Program-made: the position numbers and the translations under genes | In this document: in pieces, positions 13,112 through 23,147 of the stretch | Layout: each line of letters opens with the position of its first letter | Numbering within the stretch: position 1 is the first letter of the stretch | Notes under the pieces: model-generated | Databases searched by the model: none | What the model saw: only the letters and a program-made list of their open reading frames with translations | Told to the model about the DNA's origin: nothing | Source: Verrucomicrobiaceae bacterium | Lineage (GTDB): Bacteria; Verrucomicrobiota; Verrucomicrobiia; Chthoniobacterales; JAATET01 | Direction of reading: 5' to 3' | NCBI GenBank assembly: GCA_027488755.1 | Contig: JAIYAZ010000136.1 | Span: forward strand, 6,146 to 70,145 | DNA length: 64,000 nucleotides

Positions 13112-14662
13112 GTGAAGCCCTTTTTCATTACCACCGCGATCGACTACACCAACGGCGCGCCGCACATCGGCCACGCCTACGAGAAGGTCCTCGCCGACGT
13201 CCTGGCCCGTTACCAGCGCCTTCGCGGTCGCGAGGTCTTCTTTCTCACCGGCGTCGACCAGCACGGCCAGAAGGTCCAGCAATCCGCCGAAAAGGCCGGC
13301 GTGGCCCCCGCCGAATTTGTTGCCGGCATCACCGAAAAATTCCGCGCCCTCTGGACGAAACTCGACATCAGTTACGACGGCTGGGCCGCCACCACCGACG
13401 CCGCCCACAAGGCCGCGGTGCAGACCCTCCTCCAGCGCCTCTTCGACGAAGGCCAGCTCTACAAGGCCGCGCAGAAAGGCTTCTACAGCGTCCGCCAGGA
13501 ACAATTCCTCACCGAAAAGGAACGCGGCCCCGACGGGACCTTCGGCGCTGAGTGGGGTGAGGTCGTCGAGCTCGAAGAGGAAAACTACTACTTCCGCCTC
13601 GCCGAACACCGCGACTGGCTGCTCGCCTACATTGATGCGCACCCCGGCTTCATCACGCCCGATTTCCGGCGCGCCGAACTCCGCAACGCCGTCGAAAAAC
13701 TCTCCGGCGACCTCTGCGTCTCCCGCCCGAAATCCCGCCTCGCCTGGGGCATCGAATTCCCCTTCGACCCTGAGTTCGTCACCTACGTCTGGTTCGACGC
13801 CCTCGTGAACTACATCAGCTTTGCGCCGGGCTTTGATCCCCAATCCAAAGCCCAAAACCCGGAATTCGCCGCCCTCTGGCCCGCGCTCCACGTCATCGGC
13901 AAGGACATCATGGTTCCCGCCCACGGCGTCTACTGGCCGATCATGCTTCGCGCCATCGGCTTCTCCGACGAGGAAATGCCCGCCCTCCTCGTGCACGGCT
14001 GGTGGAACATCAGCGGCGAAAAAATGAGCAAAAGCGTCGGCAACGTCGTGGACCCCGCCGCCCTCGCCGACCAATTCGGCCCCGCGGCCGTCCGCTACTA
14101 CCTCGTCGCCGACATCGCCACCGGGCAGGACGCCGATTTCAGCCCCGAGCGCCTCATCCAGCGCTACAACGTCGACCTCGCCAACGGCTTCGGCAACCTC
14201 CTCAACCGCACGCTCAACATGGCCCAGCGCTACCGCGGCGGAGCCCTTGCGCCCGTGGCCGCGCCGAGCGAGGACGTCCAGACCCTCCGCGCGGAAAACT
14301 TCAACGACGCCGCCGTCTACCGCGAAAAGTTCGACGCCTTCAAGGTCCACCAGGCCCTCGAAGCTTTTGCCGCCATCGTCACGCGCGCCAACGTCTTCGT
14401 CGACACCAGCGCGCCGTGGAAACTCGCGAAGGACCCCACTGCCGCCGCCCGCCTCGACGAGGTCCTCGTCGCCCTCGTCGAGTCCGTCCACCTCGCCGCC
14501 ACCCTCCTCCTGCCCATTCTCCCCGACAAGGCCCACGCCGCCCTTGCCCAGCTCCAGCTCGCTCCCGCCCCGCTCGACGCCCCCGCCGTGCTCACCGCGT
14601 CCCACCAGCTCGGCGCTCCCGAGCCTCTTTTTCCCCGCCTCGAAACGCCCGCCGCTTCGTAG
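13112..14662 (+). CDS. metG: methionine--tRNA ligase (short form, no C-terminal tRNA-binding appendix)
   Basis: 516 aa, GTG start. HIGH-type NGAPHIGHAYE and KMSKS (GEKMSKSVGNVV). Confidence 0.95.
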   Translation: MKPFFITTAIDYTNGAPHIGHAYEKVLADVLARYQRLRGREVFFLTGVDQHGQKVQQSAEKAGVAPAEFVAGITEKFRALWTKLDISYDGWAATTDAAHKAAVQTLLQRLFDEGQLYKAAQKGFYSVRQEQFLTEKERGPDGTFGAEWGEVVELEEENYYFRLAEHRDWLLAYIDAHPGFITPDFRRAELRNAVEKLSGDLCVSRPKSRLAWGIEFPFDPEFVTYVWFDALVNYISFAPGFDPQSKAQNPEFAALWPALHVIGKDIMVPAHGVYWPIMLRAIGFSDEEMPALLVHGWWNISGEKMSKSVGNVVDPAALADQFGPAAVRYYLVADIATGQDADFSPERLIQRYNVDLANGFGNLLNRTLNMAQRYRGGALAPVAAPSEDVQTLRAENFNDAAVYREKFDAFKVHQALEAFAAIVTRANVFVDTSAPWKLAKDPTAAARLDEVLVALVESVHLAATLLLPILPDKAHAALAQLQLAPAPLDAPAVLTASHQLGAPEPLFPRLETPAAS

Positions 14663-14665
14663 CCC

Positions 14666-15652
14666 TTGCCGCCGTCCCCGCTCAAATCCCTGCGCTACCG
14701 CCTGGAACTCGCCGCCCTTGAGTTCGTGGCCTGGCTCATCCCGCGCCTGCCCTACGGCGCGCTCAAGCCGCTCGCCGACGCGCTGGGCGCGGTGGCCTAC
14801 CGCATCGATGCCCGCGGTCGCGGCAACGCCCAGGAGAATCTCCGCGCCGCCTTCGGGGACCGCTACACGCCCGCCGAGCGGGCCCGGATCGCTCGGGCGT
14901 CCTACCAGAACTTCGCGCGCACCATGCTTTCGCTGTTCTGGTCGCCGCGGCTCGTCGCCGGGGACGGGCAGCGCGTCCTGCGCGTCGAGGGCCTTGAGAC
15001 GGATCCCATCCACGGCGATTCCGCGCGGGCCGGCATCTACTTTTGCGCCCACTACGGGAACTGGGAGTGGCTCAGCCACGCCTCGGCCTTTGCGATCCAG
15101 ACCGGCCCGATCATCTTCCAGGCGTTCAAGAATCCGCTCCTCGGCCCCGTGTTCAGCCGTCTGCGCGCGACCAGTGGCCACGAGATCATCCCGCAGGAGC
15201 GAGCCCTCCTCCGCATGCTCAAGCATCTCATGGGCGGCGGGAAATTCGGCGCCCTCACCGACCTCAGCCTCGACCCGAAGCGCGGGGCGGTGGCCATCCG
15301 CTGTTTCGGCCTGTGGACGTCCGCCAGCCCCATTCTCCACGCGCTGAGCGACCGCACCGGCGCTCGGCTTGTTTTCTGTGAGTGCACGCCCGAGGCCGAT
15401 GGCACCTACGTCGCGCGCTATTCCGCGCCAATGGAAATTCCCCCTGGAGCCACGGCGAGCGAGATCACGCAGATCTGCTGGAACGAGATCGAGCGGTCGA
15501 TCCGCTCGCGGCCCGAGCTTTGGCTCTGGGCCTACAAGCAGTGGCGCTTCAAACCCTCGCAGGGCGACGTTTCCCGCTACCCCGCCTACGCCAACTCCGC
15601 CGGCCGCTTCGACCGCCTCGTCGCCGCGGCGGAACGCGAGGCGCGCGGATAA
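14666..15652 (+). CDS. LpxL/HtrB-family lipid A (Kdo2-lipid IVA) acyltransferase-like protein
   Basis: 328 aa (TTG start 3 bp after the metG stop; start uncertain). Acyltransferase block YFCAHYGNWEW and overall LpxL-like layout. Confidence 0.75.
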   Translation: MPPSPLKSLRYRLELAALEFVAWLIPRLPYGALKPLADALGAVAYRIDARGRGNAQENLRAAFGDRYTPAERARIARASYQNFARTMLSLFWSPRLVAGDGQRVLRVEGLETDPIHGDSARAGIYFCAHYGNWEWLSHASAFAIQTGPIIFQAFKNPLLGPVFSRLRATSGHEIIPQERALLRMLKHLMGGGKFGALTDLSLDPKRGAVAIRCFGLWTSASPILHALSDRTGARLVFCECTPEADGTYVARYSAPMEIPPGATASEITQICWNEIERSIRSRPELWLWAYKQWRFKPSQGDVSRYPAYANSAGRFDRLVAAAEREARG

Positions 15653-15662
15653 CGCCAGCCGT

Positions 15663-17114
15663 TCAACGCATGGCCGCGAGCAGTTCCGCGAGGTCGATCG
15701 TGGCGATCGTCGAGCTCGTGTCACTCACCGCGTAGGGCAGGATCAGCCTCCCAGCGTGCACAAGGGCACCGCAGGAATACACCACGTTGGGCACGTAGCC
15801 CTCGCGGGCCTCGCCGGTGGGCTCGAGCAGGGGTTGCGTCAGCCGCCCGAGGATCCGCGCGGGATCCTCGAGGTCGAGCAGCATGGCGCCGAGGCAGTAG
15901 CGACGCATCGGCCCGACGCCGTGGGTGAGCAGAAGCCAGCCGGCGGGCGTTTCGATGGGCGAGCCGCAGTTGCCGATCTTCACAAACTCCCAGGGCTCGC
16001 GTGGCGGCATGAGGGGCTGCGGGTCGTTCCAGAAATGGAGGTTGTCCGAGCGCATGAGGAAGAGGCACTCGTCGTCCTGGCGCGAGACCATCGCGAACTG
16101 CCCGCCGACGCGGCGCGGGAAAAGCGCCATGCCCTTGTTTTGCACGGCGCCGCCGTTGAGCGTGCGGACGTGGAAGTTCCTAAAGTCCGGCGTCTCGATG
16201 AGCTGCGGGAGAATCGCCCGGCCATTGTAGGCCGTGTAGGTCGCGTAGTAACCGGCCGTGCCGTCGTCCTCCACGAAGCGCACGAAGCGGGCGTCCTCGA
16301 TGCCGTTGCTTTCGTTCGGCGAGACGGGAAAAATCACCCGCTGGGAAAGCGCGACCTCGGGCGGAAAATGCACCTCGTAGTTTGAGCTGGCGAGCCAGTT
16401 CACGCACTCGCGCGTGCGGGCGAGTTCGTGGTGCTGGTGCTCGTCCTCGCCAAATTCCTGCTGCATCGAGCGTGTGAGGTCCTCGTGGGTGAAGTCGTCG
16501 GCCAGCTCCTCGAGGATGCGGCGCGACCACGCGTTTTCAAACCCCATCTCGCGCAGCTTGTGGCGGAAGATCGCCTGGCGGTAGGTCGGGTTTTCCCGCA
16601 CCTCGGGCACGACCGCCAGCGGGGAAACCGCGTCGACCGTGATCGCGCCGTCGGCGGAGATCACGCCCGAGCGGAATTCGATCGAGGAAATGTGTCCCTC
16701 GCCCGTGGCCCGCAGGCTGAGGACAAACCGGAGCGCGCCCGCCGCGAGGTGCGATTGATCGGGGTGCGGGACGATCGAGGGATTAAAGAGCGCGGCGGAT
16801 TCCAGCGCGTATTCGCCGGAGAACAGGGCCCCCACGTAAAGTTGCCGCCGGGGGGAGAGGGACTGGTCGTGCAGGTGGCCGCGGACCATGGCGAAATGCC
16901 GCCGCCAGCAGGCTTCGAGGTCGAGATGCCGGCGCGAAAAGTCGGCGCGCAGGAGGTGAAGCTGCTCCTCCACCTCCGCCTCGCTCAGGGAAAGGGCGCG
17001 GTCGATGATGTGGGCCACGCGGGTGGCGTCGGACGAGATGAAGGGCCGCACGATCACGCGGCGGCTGTCGGGGCGGAAGCTGACGCCCGTGGGGTGGACG
17101 GCCGGCGTGGTCAT
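15663..17114 (-). CDS. GH130/DUF377-like glycosidase or phosphorylase domain protein with unassigned ~270-aa N-terminal region
   Basis: 483 aa from the ATG at 17114, which overlaps the upstream stop as ATGA. C-terminal blocks NGIEDARFVRF, YYATYTAYNG, NKGMALFPRRVGG, GWLLLTHGVG, YCLGAMLLDLEDP. Confidence 0.7.
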   Translation of the reverse strand: MTTPAVHPTGVSFRPDSRRVIVRPFISSDATRVAHIIDRALSLSEAEVEEQLHLLRADFSRRHLDLEACWRRHFAMVRGHLHDQSLSPRRQLYVGALFSGEYALESAALFNPSIVPHPDQSHLAAGALRFVLSLRATGEGHISSIEFRSGVISADGAITVDAVSPLAVVPEVRENPTYRQAIFRHKLREMGFENAWSRRILEELADDFTHEDLTRSMQQEFGEDEHQHHELARTRECVNWLASSNYEVHFPPEVALSQRVIFPVSPNESNGIEDARFVRFVEDDGTAGYYATYTAYNGRAILPQLIETPDFRNFHVRTLNGGAVQNKGMALFPRRVGGQFAMVSRQDDECLFLMRSDNLHFWNDPQPLMPPREPWEFVKIGNCGSPIETPAGWLLLTHGVGPMRRYCLGAMLLDLEDPARILGRLTQPLLEPTGEAREGYVPNVVYSCGALVHAGRLILPYAVSDTSSTIATIDLAELLAAMR

Positions 17115-19369
17115 GACGCGACCCCCTCGGGTTCCCCGGCGCGGCGGAGTTCCACCCAGGAGAGCGCGTAGGCGAGGCTCGATTCCGCGCCCTGGTTCTG
17201 GTTGAGGTGGTCCTGGAGGAGCGCGTCGCGGCAGCCGCCGGTCGACTCGTCGTAGAGCGGCTGGCCGAGATCGTTGCGGCCGAGAAACCAATCGAAGCAG
17301 CGCCGGGCGGCCACGCGCCAGAACGGGTCGCGGGTGACGGAGAAGGCCTCAAGGCAGGCGGAAATCATCGCGTGGGCCTCGAGCGGCTGCTGGTCGAAGC
17401 GGGCCTTTTCGCCGCCGTGCGGCCAGAAGCCGTGGCAGCCGATGGGGGCGAAGTGGCCGTCGGGGGCGGTCTGCGCCTCGAGCAGCCAGCGGAGGGAGTC
17501 GAGCCCGATGGCGAGGGTTTCGCCCTGCGAAGTCCAGTAGCCGCTGAGGATGAGGGCGTGGGAGAGTTTGGCGTTGTCGTAGGTCGCGATGCGCTCGAAC
17601 CAGGACCAGTCCGGCGTGGCGTTGGCGCGGTAGAGACCGACGAGGAGGGTGGTGAGCGTTTCCCGCATCTGCGCGACGACGCGGTCGCCCGAGAGGGTGC
17701 GGAGGTATTCGTGAATGGCGATGAGCGTGAAGGCCCAGGCCCGCGGGGAGCTGAAGCGGGCGACGGGCGGGAGGCCGCGCTGGAAGAGGAGGGCGCAGAG
17801 GTTGCGATGGCCGGCGTTCGGCGAGCGGCCGAGGGCGGTGGCGACGGCCCAGAGGGCGCGGGCGTGGCTGTCCTCCGAGCCGTGGAGCTCGAGCCACTGG
17901 CGCGAGTAGCTCATGAAGTTGCGGAAGCGGCAGGTGTTGCCGTCGAAGGCATACCACAGGAACGCGAGCGAGCCGCTGGCGAGTCGTTCGAGCTCCGGCG
18001 TGGGCGGACGCAGCTCGGCGAGCAGGACGGTGAAGATGAAGGCGCGGGCGTTGTCGTCGGTGCAGTAGCCCTCGTGGAAGTTCGGCACGTTGTAGATCGC
18101 GTGCTGAAAGATCCCGCTGTGGTCGCTCATGGTGAGGAGGTGGTCGAGCCGGAGCGGGGGAAGGGCCAGCGGGGTGGCGGGGGCGACCTCCGGGGCGGGC
18201 GGCACCGCGCTCATGCTCTCGCGGGCGAGGCGAAAGCTCTCCATGTAGCGGCGGGCGACGACGGGCCACGTCATGTCGCGGCCCTGCTTCCACGCGCGTT
18301 TGCGCATGGCGGTCATGCGCGTGGGTTCGGCGAGAATGGCGTTCACCGCGCCGGCGATGGCTTCGGCGTCGGCAAAGGGCACGAGCACGCCGCGGTCGCC
18401 GTCGAGCAGTTCGCGGGCATGCCAGTAGGGGGTGGAGACGATCGCCTTGCCCGCGCCAAAGGCGTAGGCCAGCGTGCCGGAGGTGACCTGCGCCTCGTTG
18501 AGGTAGGGGGTGAGGTAGATGTCGGCGGCGCCGATGAAGGCCTTGAGCTCGTCGAGGGCGACGAAGCGGTTGTGGAAGATCACCTGCCCGGCGACGCCGA
18601 GCTCCTGCGCGCGGCGTTCGAGGGATTCGCGGTAGCGTTCGCCCTCGGTGGCGAGGAGGTTCGGATGCGTGGCGCCGAGCACGAGGTAAACGACGGCGGG
18701 ATTTTGCGCCAGGATGGCGGGCATGGCTTCGATGACCTTTTCGATGCCCTTGTTGGGCGAGAGCAGGCCGAAGGTGAGGAGCACGGTCTTGCCCTCGACG
18801 TCGAACTCATCCTTGAAGAAGTTCGAGTCCATGAAGGGCATGTCGATCACGCCGTGGGGGATGAGGTCGATTTTCTCCGGCGCGACGGCGTAGACGTCCT
18901 CGAGGAGCTGGCGGGCGCGGTCGGCCATGACGACGAAGCGGTTGGAGCGGGCGTCGAGTTCGGCCATCACGGCGCGCTGGGCGGCGCTGGGGGCGGCGAG
19001 GACGGTGTGCAGCGTGGTGACCACCGGCATGTGCACGCCGCGGAGCAGCTCGAGCAGGTATTCGCCGGCGGGGCCGCCGTAGATGCCGAACTCATGCTGC
19101 ACGGAGAGCACCTCGACGTTGTTGATGTTCAGGAACTCGGCGGCGCGGCGGTAGGAGGCGGGGTCCTGCTCGGCGATCTCGAAGCGCACGCGTTCGGGGT
19201 AGTCGTAGCCGGCGGCGCGGTCGTTCACCGAGCCGACGATGCACTTCATGCGGGGGAACTCCGCGGCGATAGCCTCGCAGAGGTCCGCCGTGAAGGTGGC
19301 GATCCCGCAGCGGCGGGGAACGTAGTCGCCGACGAAGGCGAGGTGGGAGGTGGGAGGGGTGGTTTCCAT
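17111..19369 (-). CDS. GT4-type glycosyltransferase fused to a ~350-aa helical (alpha/alpha-barrel-like) C-terminal domain
   Basis: 752 aa from the ATG at 19369. GT-B blocks (VLLTFGLLSPNKGIE, GTLAYAFGAGKAIVSTPYWHARELL). C-terminal half is rich in W/aromatic helix pairs. Confidence 0.8.
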   Translation of the reverse strand: METTPPTSHLAFVGDYVPRRCGIATFTADLCEAIAAEFPRMKCIVGSVNDRAAGYDYPERVRFEIAEQDPASYRRAAEFLNINNVEVLSVQHEFGIYGGPAGEYLLELLRGVHMPVVTTLHTVLAAPSAAQRAVMAELDARSNRFVVMADRARQLLEDVYAVAPEKIDLIPHGVIDMPFMDSNFFKDEFDVEGKTVLLTFGLLSPNKGIEKVIEAMPAILAQNPAVVYLVLGATHPNLLATEGERYRESLERRAQELGVAGQVIFHNRFVALDELKAFIGAADIYLTPYLNEAQVTSGTLAYAFGAGKAIVSTPYWHARELLDGDRGVLVPFADAEAIAGAVNAILAEPTRMTAMRKRAWKQGRDMTWPVVARRYMESFRLARESMSAVPPAPEVAPATPLALPPLRLDHLLTMSDHSGIFQHAIYNVPNFHEGYCTDDNARAFIFTVLLAELRPPTPELERLASGSLAFLWYAFDGNTCRFRNFMSYSRQWLELHGSEDSHARALWAVATALGRSPNAGHRNLCALLFQRGLPPVARFSSPRAWAFTLIAIHEYLRTLSGDRVVAQMRETLTTLLVGLYRANATPDWSWFERIATYDNAKLSHALILSGYWTSQGETLAIGLDSLRWLLEAQTAPDGHFAPIGCHGFWPHGGEKARFDQQPLEAHAMISACLEAFSVTRDPFWRVAARRCFDWFLGRNDLGQPLYDESTGGCRDALLQDHLNQNQGAESSLAYALSWVELRRAGEPEGVAS

Positions 19370-19495
19370 GGGCGCGCGGACACTGGAATCGCGCGCCTCC
19401 CGGTGGCAGCAATCCCCATCGCCCAAACGGCAACCGGACCCTGCACGAAACAGACTTTATTCTCGCCCCCGTGGGGCGGAAGTCAATGCCTCCCG

Positions 19496-20710
19496 CTAGA
19501 GCAGGAGGAGCGTGGCGAGGCCGAGGAACGCGCCCATGCTCACGACGTCGGTCGCCGTGGTGAGGAAAATGCTGGAGGCGGTGGCGGGGTCGGCGCCGAG
19601 TTTTTTGAGGGTGGTGGGCACGACCACGCCGGAGATGCCGCTGATGACGCAGGCGAGCACCATCGCGAGCCAGGTGACAAAGGCGAGCATGGCCGCATTG
19701 GGATTTTTCTGTAGCGTGGCGTAGATGAACATGCCGAGGCCGGCGGAGACGCCGACCATCGCGCCGTTGCCAAAGCCGAGGATGGCCTCCTTGCGGAGGG
19801 CCTTGAAAAAGCTGCCGGGGCCGAATTCGCCGAGCGTCATGCCGCGCAGCGTGACGGCGAGCGCCTGGCAGCCGGTGTTGCCCGACTGGCCGGCGAGCAC
19901 GGGCAGGAAGACGGCGAGGAGGACGATCTGCGCGAGGGTGTGCTCAAAGAGGCCGACCACAAACGCCGCGATGAAGGCGGTGAGGAGGTTGAGCTGGAGC
20001 CAGGGGTGGCGGAAGAGCAGGGCGCGGGGCCACGGGGTGGTGAGGCGTTCCTCCTTGGTGACACCGACCATCGAGCCCGCCTGCGCGCTCAATTCCACGG
20101 CCTGCTGCTCGAACATCTGCTGCCCGCGGACGAGGCCGACCAGTTTGCCGGCGTCGTCGACGACGGGATAGACCGGGTAGTGGCGGTCGAGCGTGGCCTT
20201 CATCGCGTCGAGCAGCGGCATGGTGGCGCGCAGCGAGAAGATCGTGCGGAGCATGATGGCGTCGAGGCGCGCGGATTTGTCGGAAAAGAGCAGGTCGCGC
20301 ATCGTGATGACGCCGATGAGCAAGCCGGCGGGGTCGACGACCCAGCCGTAGGTGATGAACGCGCGCTTCACGAGTTCACGGAGTTCCTCGGTGACTTCGC
20401 CGACGGTTTGTTCGGGGCGGAAAACGGCGATGGGGTGTTCCATCAGGCGGCCGATGGAGTCCGCGGGATACTGGAGGTCGAGGGCCCATTGCTTGACGCG
20501 CTCGGGCGAAGCGGCGCTGAGGATGGCGGCGCGCTGGGCGGGCTCGGCGGCCTTGAGGATGGCCTGGGCCTCGGTCGGGAGCAGGTGGCCGAGGATGTCG
20601 GCGGCTTCGGCCGGGGTCTCGCGGGCGAGGAGTTCCGCCGCTTCGCGCGGGCCGATTTGCTTGCAGCGAGCGATCAGCTCGAGATGGTCGGGCGTGGTGG
20701 CTTCACTCAT
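19496..20710 (-). CDS. mgtE: magnesium transporter MgtE
   Basis: 404 aa. MgtE N-domain, CBS pair (VVDPAGLLIGVITMRDLL; VVDDAGKLVGLVRGQQM) and 5-TM C-terminus ending TTATDVVSMGAFLGLATLLL. Confidence 0.9.
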   Translation of the reverse strand: MSEATTPDHLELIARCKQIGPREAAELLARETPAEAADILGHLLPTEAQAILKAAEPAQRAAILSAASPERVKQWALDLQYPADSIGRLMEHPIAVFRPEQTVGEVTEELRELVKRAFITYGWVVDPAGLLIGVITMRDLLFSDKSARLDAIMLRTIFSLRATMPLLDAMKATLDRHYPVYPVVDDAGKLVGLVRGQQMFEQQAVELSAQAGSMVGVTKEERLTTPWPRALLFRHPWLQLNLLTAFIAAFVVGLFEHTLAQIVLLAVFLPVLAGQSGNTGCQALAVTLRGMTLGEFGPGSFFKALRKEAILGFGNGAMVGVSAGLGMFIYATLQKNPNAAMLAFVTWLAMVLACVISGISGVVVPTTLKKLGADPATASSIFLTTATDVVSMGAFLGLATLLLL

Positions 20711-20765
20711 GCGACGAGGCGTTGGGGCGCATTAGTGCGTCGGTTTCGCCGAAAAGAAAAGGTTC

Positions 20766-21389
20766 TTAGTATTCGATCTTCACGCGGGTGCCGACGGTGG
20801 CATTGGCGAAGAAATCGGCGGCGACGGCCTTGCTCACGCGGATGCAGCCGTGGGACGCGGGCGAGCCCGGAACGGGGATGATGCCCTGGTGCATGCCGAT
20901 ACCGCCGCCGGTGAGGCGCATCCAGTAGGGCATGTCGGCCCCTTCGAAGCGGCCGCCGGGGGGGACGGGGTCCTCGCGCACGTCGGCGTCATAGTTCACG
21001 ACGTTGCCGCCGCCGTCGTAGATCCAGCCGTAGAGGTTGGAGCGTTTGTCGGCGATTTTTTCCATGATGCGGAAGGTGCCGGCCGGGGTGCCGTAGCCCT
21101 CCTTGCCGGTGGCGACGAGGGCGACGCCGACGAGTTCGCCGCCGCGGTAGAAATAGGCGCGCTGTTCGCTGAGGTTGATCGTGATCGACGGCGTGCCCGA
21201 GCCGCCGCCCTGCCAGTAGCTCACGGAGTCGACCACTTCGGGCGCGGGGGCGGAGCGGGAGTCCTGGTAGCCGTAGAAGGTGGGGTAGTCCCGGCCGATG
21301 AACGAGGGGTCGCGGGCGCAGCCGGCGAGCAGGGCGGCAAGGGTGGCGAGCGCGGTGAGCGCAATGCGGGGGGAGGACCGTCGTTCCAT
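20766..21389 (-). CDS. L,D-transpeptidase (YkuD-fold) lipoprotein
   Basis: 207 aa from the ATG at 21389. Lipobox LLAGC; catalytic block GIGMHQG...SPASHGCIRV. Confidence 0.85.
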   Translation of the reverse strand: MERRSSPRIALTALATLAALLAGCARDPSFIGRDYPTFYGYQDSRSAPAPEVVDSVSYWQGGGSGTPSITINLSEQRAYFYRGGELVGVALVATGKEGYGTPAGTFRIMEKIADKRSNLYGWIYDGGGNVVNYDADVREDPVPPGGRFEGADMPYWMRLTGGGIGMHQGIIPVPGSPASHGCIRVSKAVAADFFANATVGTRVKIEY

Positions 21390-21441
21390 CGCGCGACCTC
21401 TTAGCACAGGTTGGGCGGTGGCGTCCGCAACTTTGCGCGCC

Positions 21442-22122
21442 TTAGCGCGAGCCGAAGATGGCGCTGCCGACGCGCACGAGGGTCGCCCCTTCTTCGACGG
21501 CGATTTCAAAATCCCCGCTCATGCCCATGGAGAGCGTGCCGAAGGGCAGGCCGGTGCGGGCGGCGAGGCGGTCGCGCAATGCGCGCAGGGCGCGGAAGTG
21601 CGGGCGGGCCAGCTCGGGATCGTCCGCGAAGGGGGCGATGGTCATGAGGCCCTCGATCTGGAGGCGCGGCAGCGCGAGCAGGGCGTCGAGTTCGCGTTCG
21701 AGGGCGTCGGGCGCAAACCCGAACTTCGAGGCTTCGCCGGCGACGTTCACTTCGAGGAGCACGCGGGGGAACAGGCCTTCCTCGGCGGCGATGCGGTCCA
21801 CGGCCTCGGCGAGGTCGCGGGAGTCGATGCTGTGCAGCAGTTCAAAGAGCGGGAGGGCGCGGCGGACCTTGTTTTTCTGGAGGTGGCCGATGAGATGCCA
21901 GCGGGCGCCGCCCGGGAGGTCGGGGATCTTGGCGGCGGCCTCCTGGACGCGGTTCTCGCCGAAGAGGGACTGGCCGGCTTCCCAGGCGGCGCGGACAACC
22001 TCGGCGGGGAAGGTTTTGGTGACCGCGATGAGTTCCACCGAGCCGGGGGCGCGGCCGGCCCGGGCGGTGGCGGCGGCGATGCGCTCGTGGACTGCGGCGA
22101 GGTTGCGGTCGAGGTCGGTCAT
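21442..22122 (-). CDS. yggS: YggS-family pyridoxal-phosphate homeostasis protein
   Basis: 226 aa. [55 protein letters not shown]. Confidence 0.9.
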   Translation of the reverse strand: MTDLDRNLAAVHERIAAATARAGRAPGSVELIAVTKTFPAEVVRAAWEAGQSLFGENRVQEAAAKIPDLPGGARWHLIGHLQKNKVRRALPLFELLHSIDSRDLAEAVDRIAAEEGLFPRVLLEVNVAGEASKFGFAPDALERELDALLALPRLQIEGLMTIAPFADDPELARPHFRALRALRDRLAARTGLPFGTLSMGMSGDFEIAVEEGATLVRVGSAIFGSR

Positions 22123-22151
22123 AAGCGGAGATTATGCGTGGCAGCGCGCGA

Positions 22152-22164
22152 TTAGGTGGGCTAA
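22152..22164. promoter_or_regulatory. LTTR-type T-N11-A dyad (TTAG-N5-CTAA) upstream of the LysR gene
   Basis: ATTAG GTGGG CTAAT at 22151-22165, 13 bp before the GTG start at 22178. A second dyad ATAA-N7-TTAT lies at 22121-22135. Confidence 0.35.
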
Positions 22165-22177
22165 TTTCCCCGGGTTC

Positions 22178-23074
22178 GTGCAGATCCAGAGTTTCAAAAT
22201 TTTTCGCGACCTGGTCGAGACTACCAGTTTCTCGCGGGCGGCGAAAGCAAACGGCATCACGCAGAGCGCGGTGAGCCAGCAGGTGCGCGCAATCGAGCGG
22301 CGTTTCAACGTGGCGTTGATCGACCGGAGCAAACGCTTTTTTGAACTCACGCCGGAGGGGCGGGAGTTTCTGCGGGTGAGCCGGGAGATCGTGGATGCCT
22401 ACGAGGGGCTTACGGCGCGGATTGGCTCGGCCCCGCAGCCGGAGCCGGGCGAGCTGCGGCTGGCGACGGTGTTCAGCATCGGGCTGCACGAATTGCCGCC
22501 GTATCTCGGGGCGTTTCGCCGGAGCCATCCCGGGGTGGAGGTGCGGGTGGATTACTGCCGCTACAACGAGGTTTACGAGGCCGTGCGGGACCAGCGGGCC
22601 GACCTGGGGTTGGTGGCGTATCCGTCGCGGCAGGCGGGGCTGCGGGTGATGACGTTCTGGCGCGACAAGCTGGTGATCATTTGCTCGCCGACGCACCGGC
22701 TGGCGAAGAAACGGCGGGCGCCGTTGCGGGATCTGGCCGGCGAGAAGTTCGTGGCGTTTGAGCCGGACCTTCCGACGCGCAAGGAGATCGACCGCCGCCT
22801 GCGGGCGTGCGGGGTGCGCATCAAACCGATCCTGGAATTCGACAACATCGAGACGGTGAAGCGGGCGGTGCGGGTGGAGGAGGCCATTTCCATCGTGCCG
22901 GAAATCTGCGCGCGCGACGAGGTGCGCGGTGACACGCTGGCGACCGTGGAGATCGACGAGCCGGAGATGTGGCGGCCGCTCGGGGCGGTGGTGCGGCGGG
23001 GGGTGACCCCGCCGACCGCGCTCAAGGAGTTTCTCGGCATGCTTGAGCAGGTGGACCTCGGGCGGTTGACGTAA
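22178..23074 (+). CDS. LysR-family transcriptional regulator
   Basis: GTG-initiated [43 protein letters not shown] (HTH) plus a substrate-binding domain. Divergent from yggS. Confidence 0.85.
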   Translation: MQIQSFKIFRDLVETTSFSRAAKANGITQSAVSQQVRAIERRFNVALIDRSKRFFELTPEGREFLRVSREIVDAYEGLTARIGSAPQPEPGELRLATVFSIGLHELPPYLGAFRRSHPGVEVRVDYCRYNEVYEAVRDQRADLGLVAYPSRQAGLRVMTFWRDKLVIICSPTHRLAKKRRAPLRDLAGEKFVAFEPDLPTRKEIDRRLRACGVRIKPILEFDNIETVKRAVRVEEAISIVPEICARDEVRGDTLATVEIDEPEMWRPLGAVVRRGVTPPTALKEFLGMLEQVDLGRLT

Positions 23075-23147
23075 GCGGTTTTTCCCGGCCGCCGGGGTGT
23101 TCGCGCTTGGAAACAGGGGGTCGCCCGCGATTTAATCCCTTCAAACC

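Noticed and set aside
13022-15724. 900-aa minus-strand ORF opposite metG and the lpxL-like gene
   Set aside because: It is a shadow frame; the plus strand carries unmistakable MetRS motifs (HIGH, KMSKS). The same applies to 17207..19714 (+, opposite the GT4 gene and mgtE) and 62156..63985 (-, opposite secA).
20711-20765. Possible Mg2+ (M-box) riboswitch ahead of mgtE. Likewise a purine riboswitch ahead of the NCS2 permease (50257-50303)
   Set aside because: The leaders are only 55 and 47 nt long, too short to hold either aptamer, and no conserved aptamer cores were seen.
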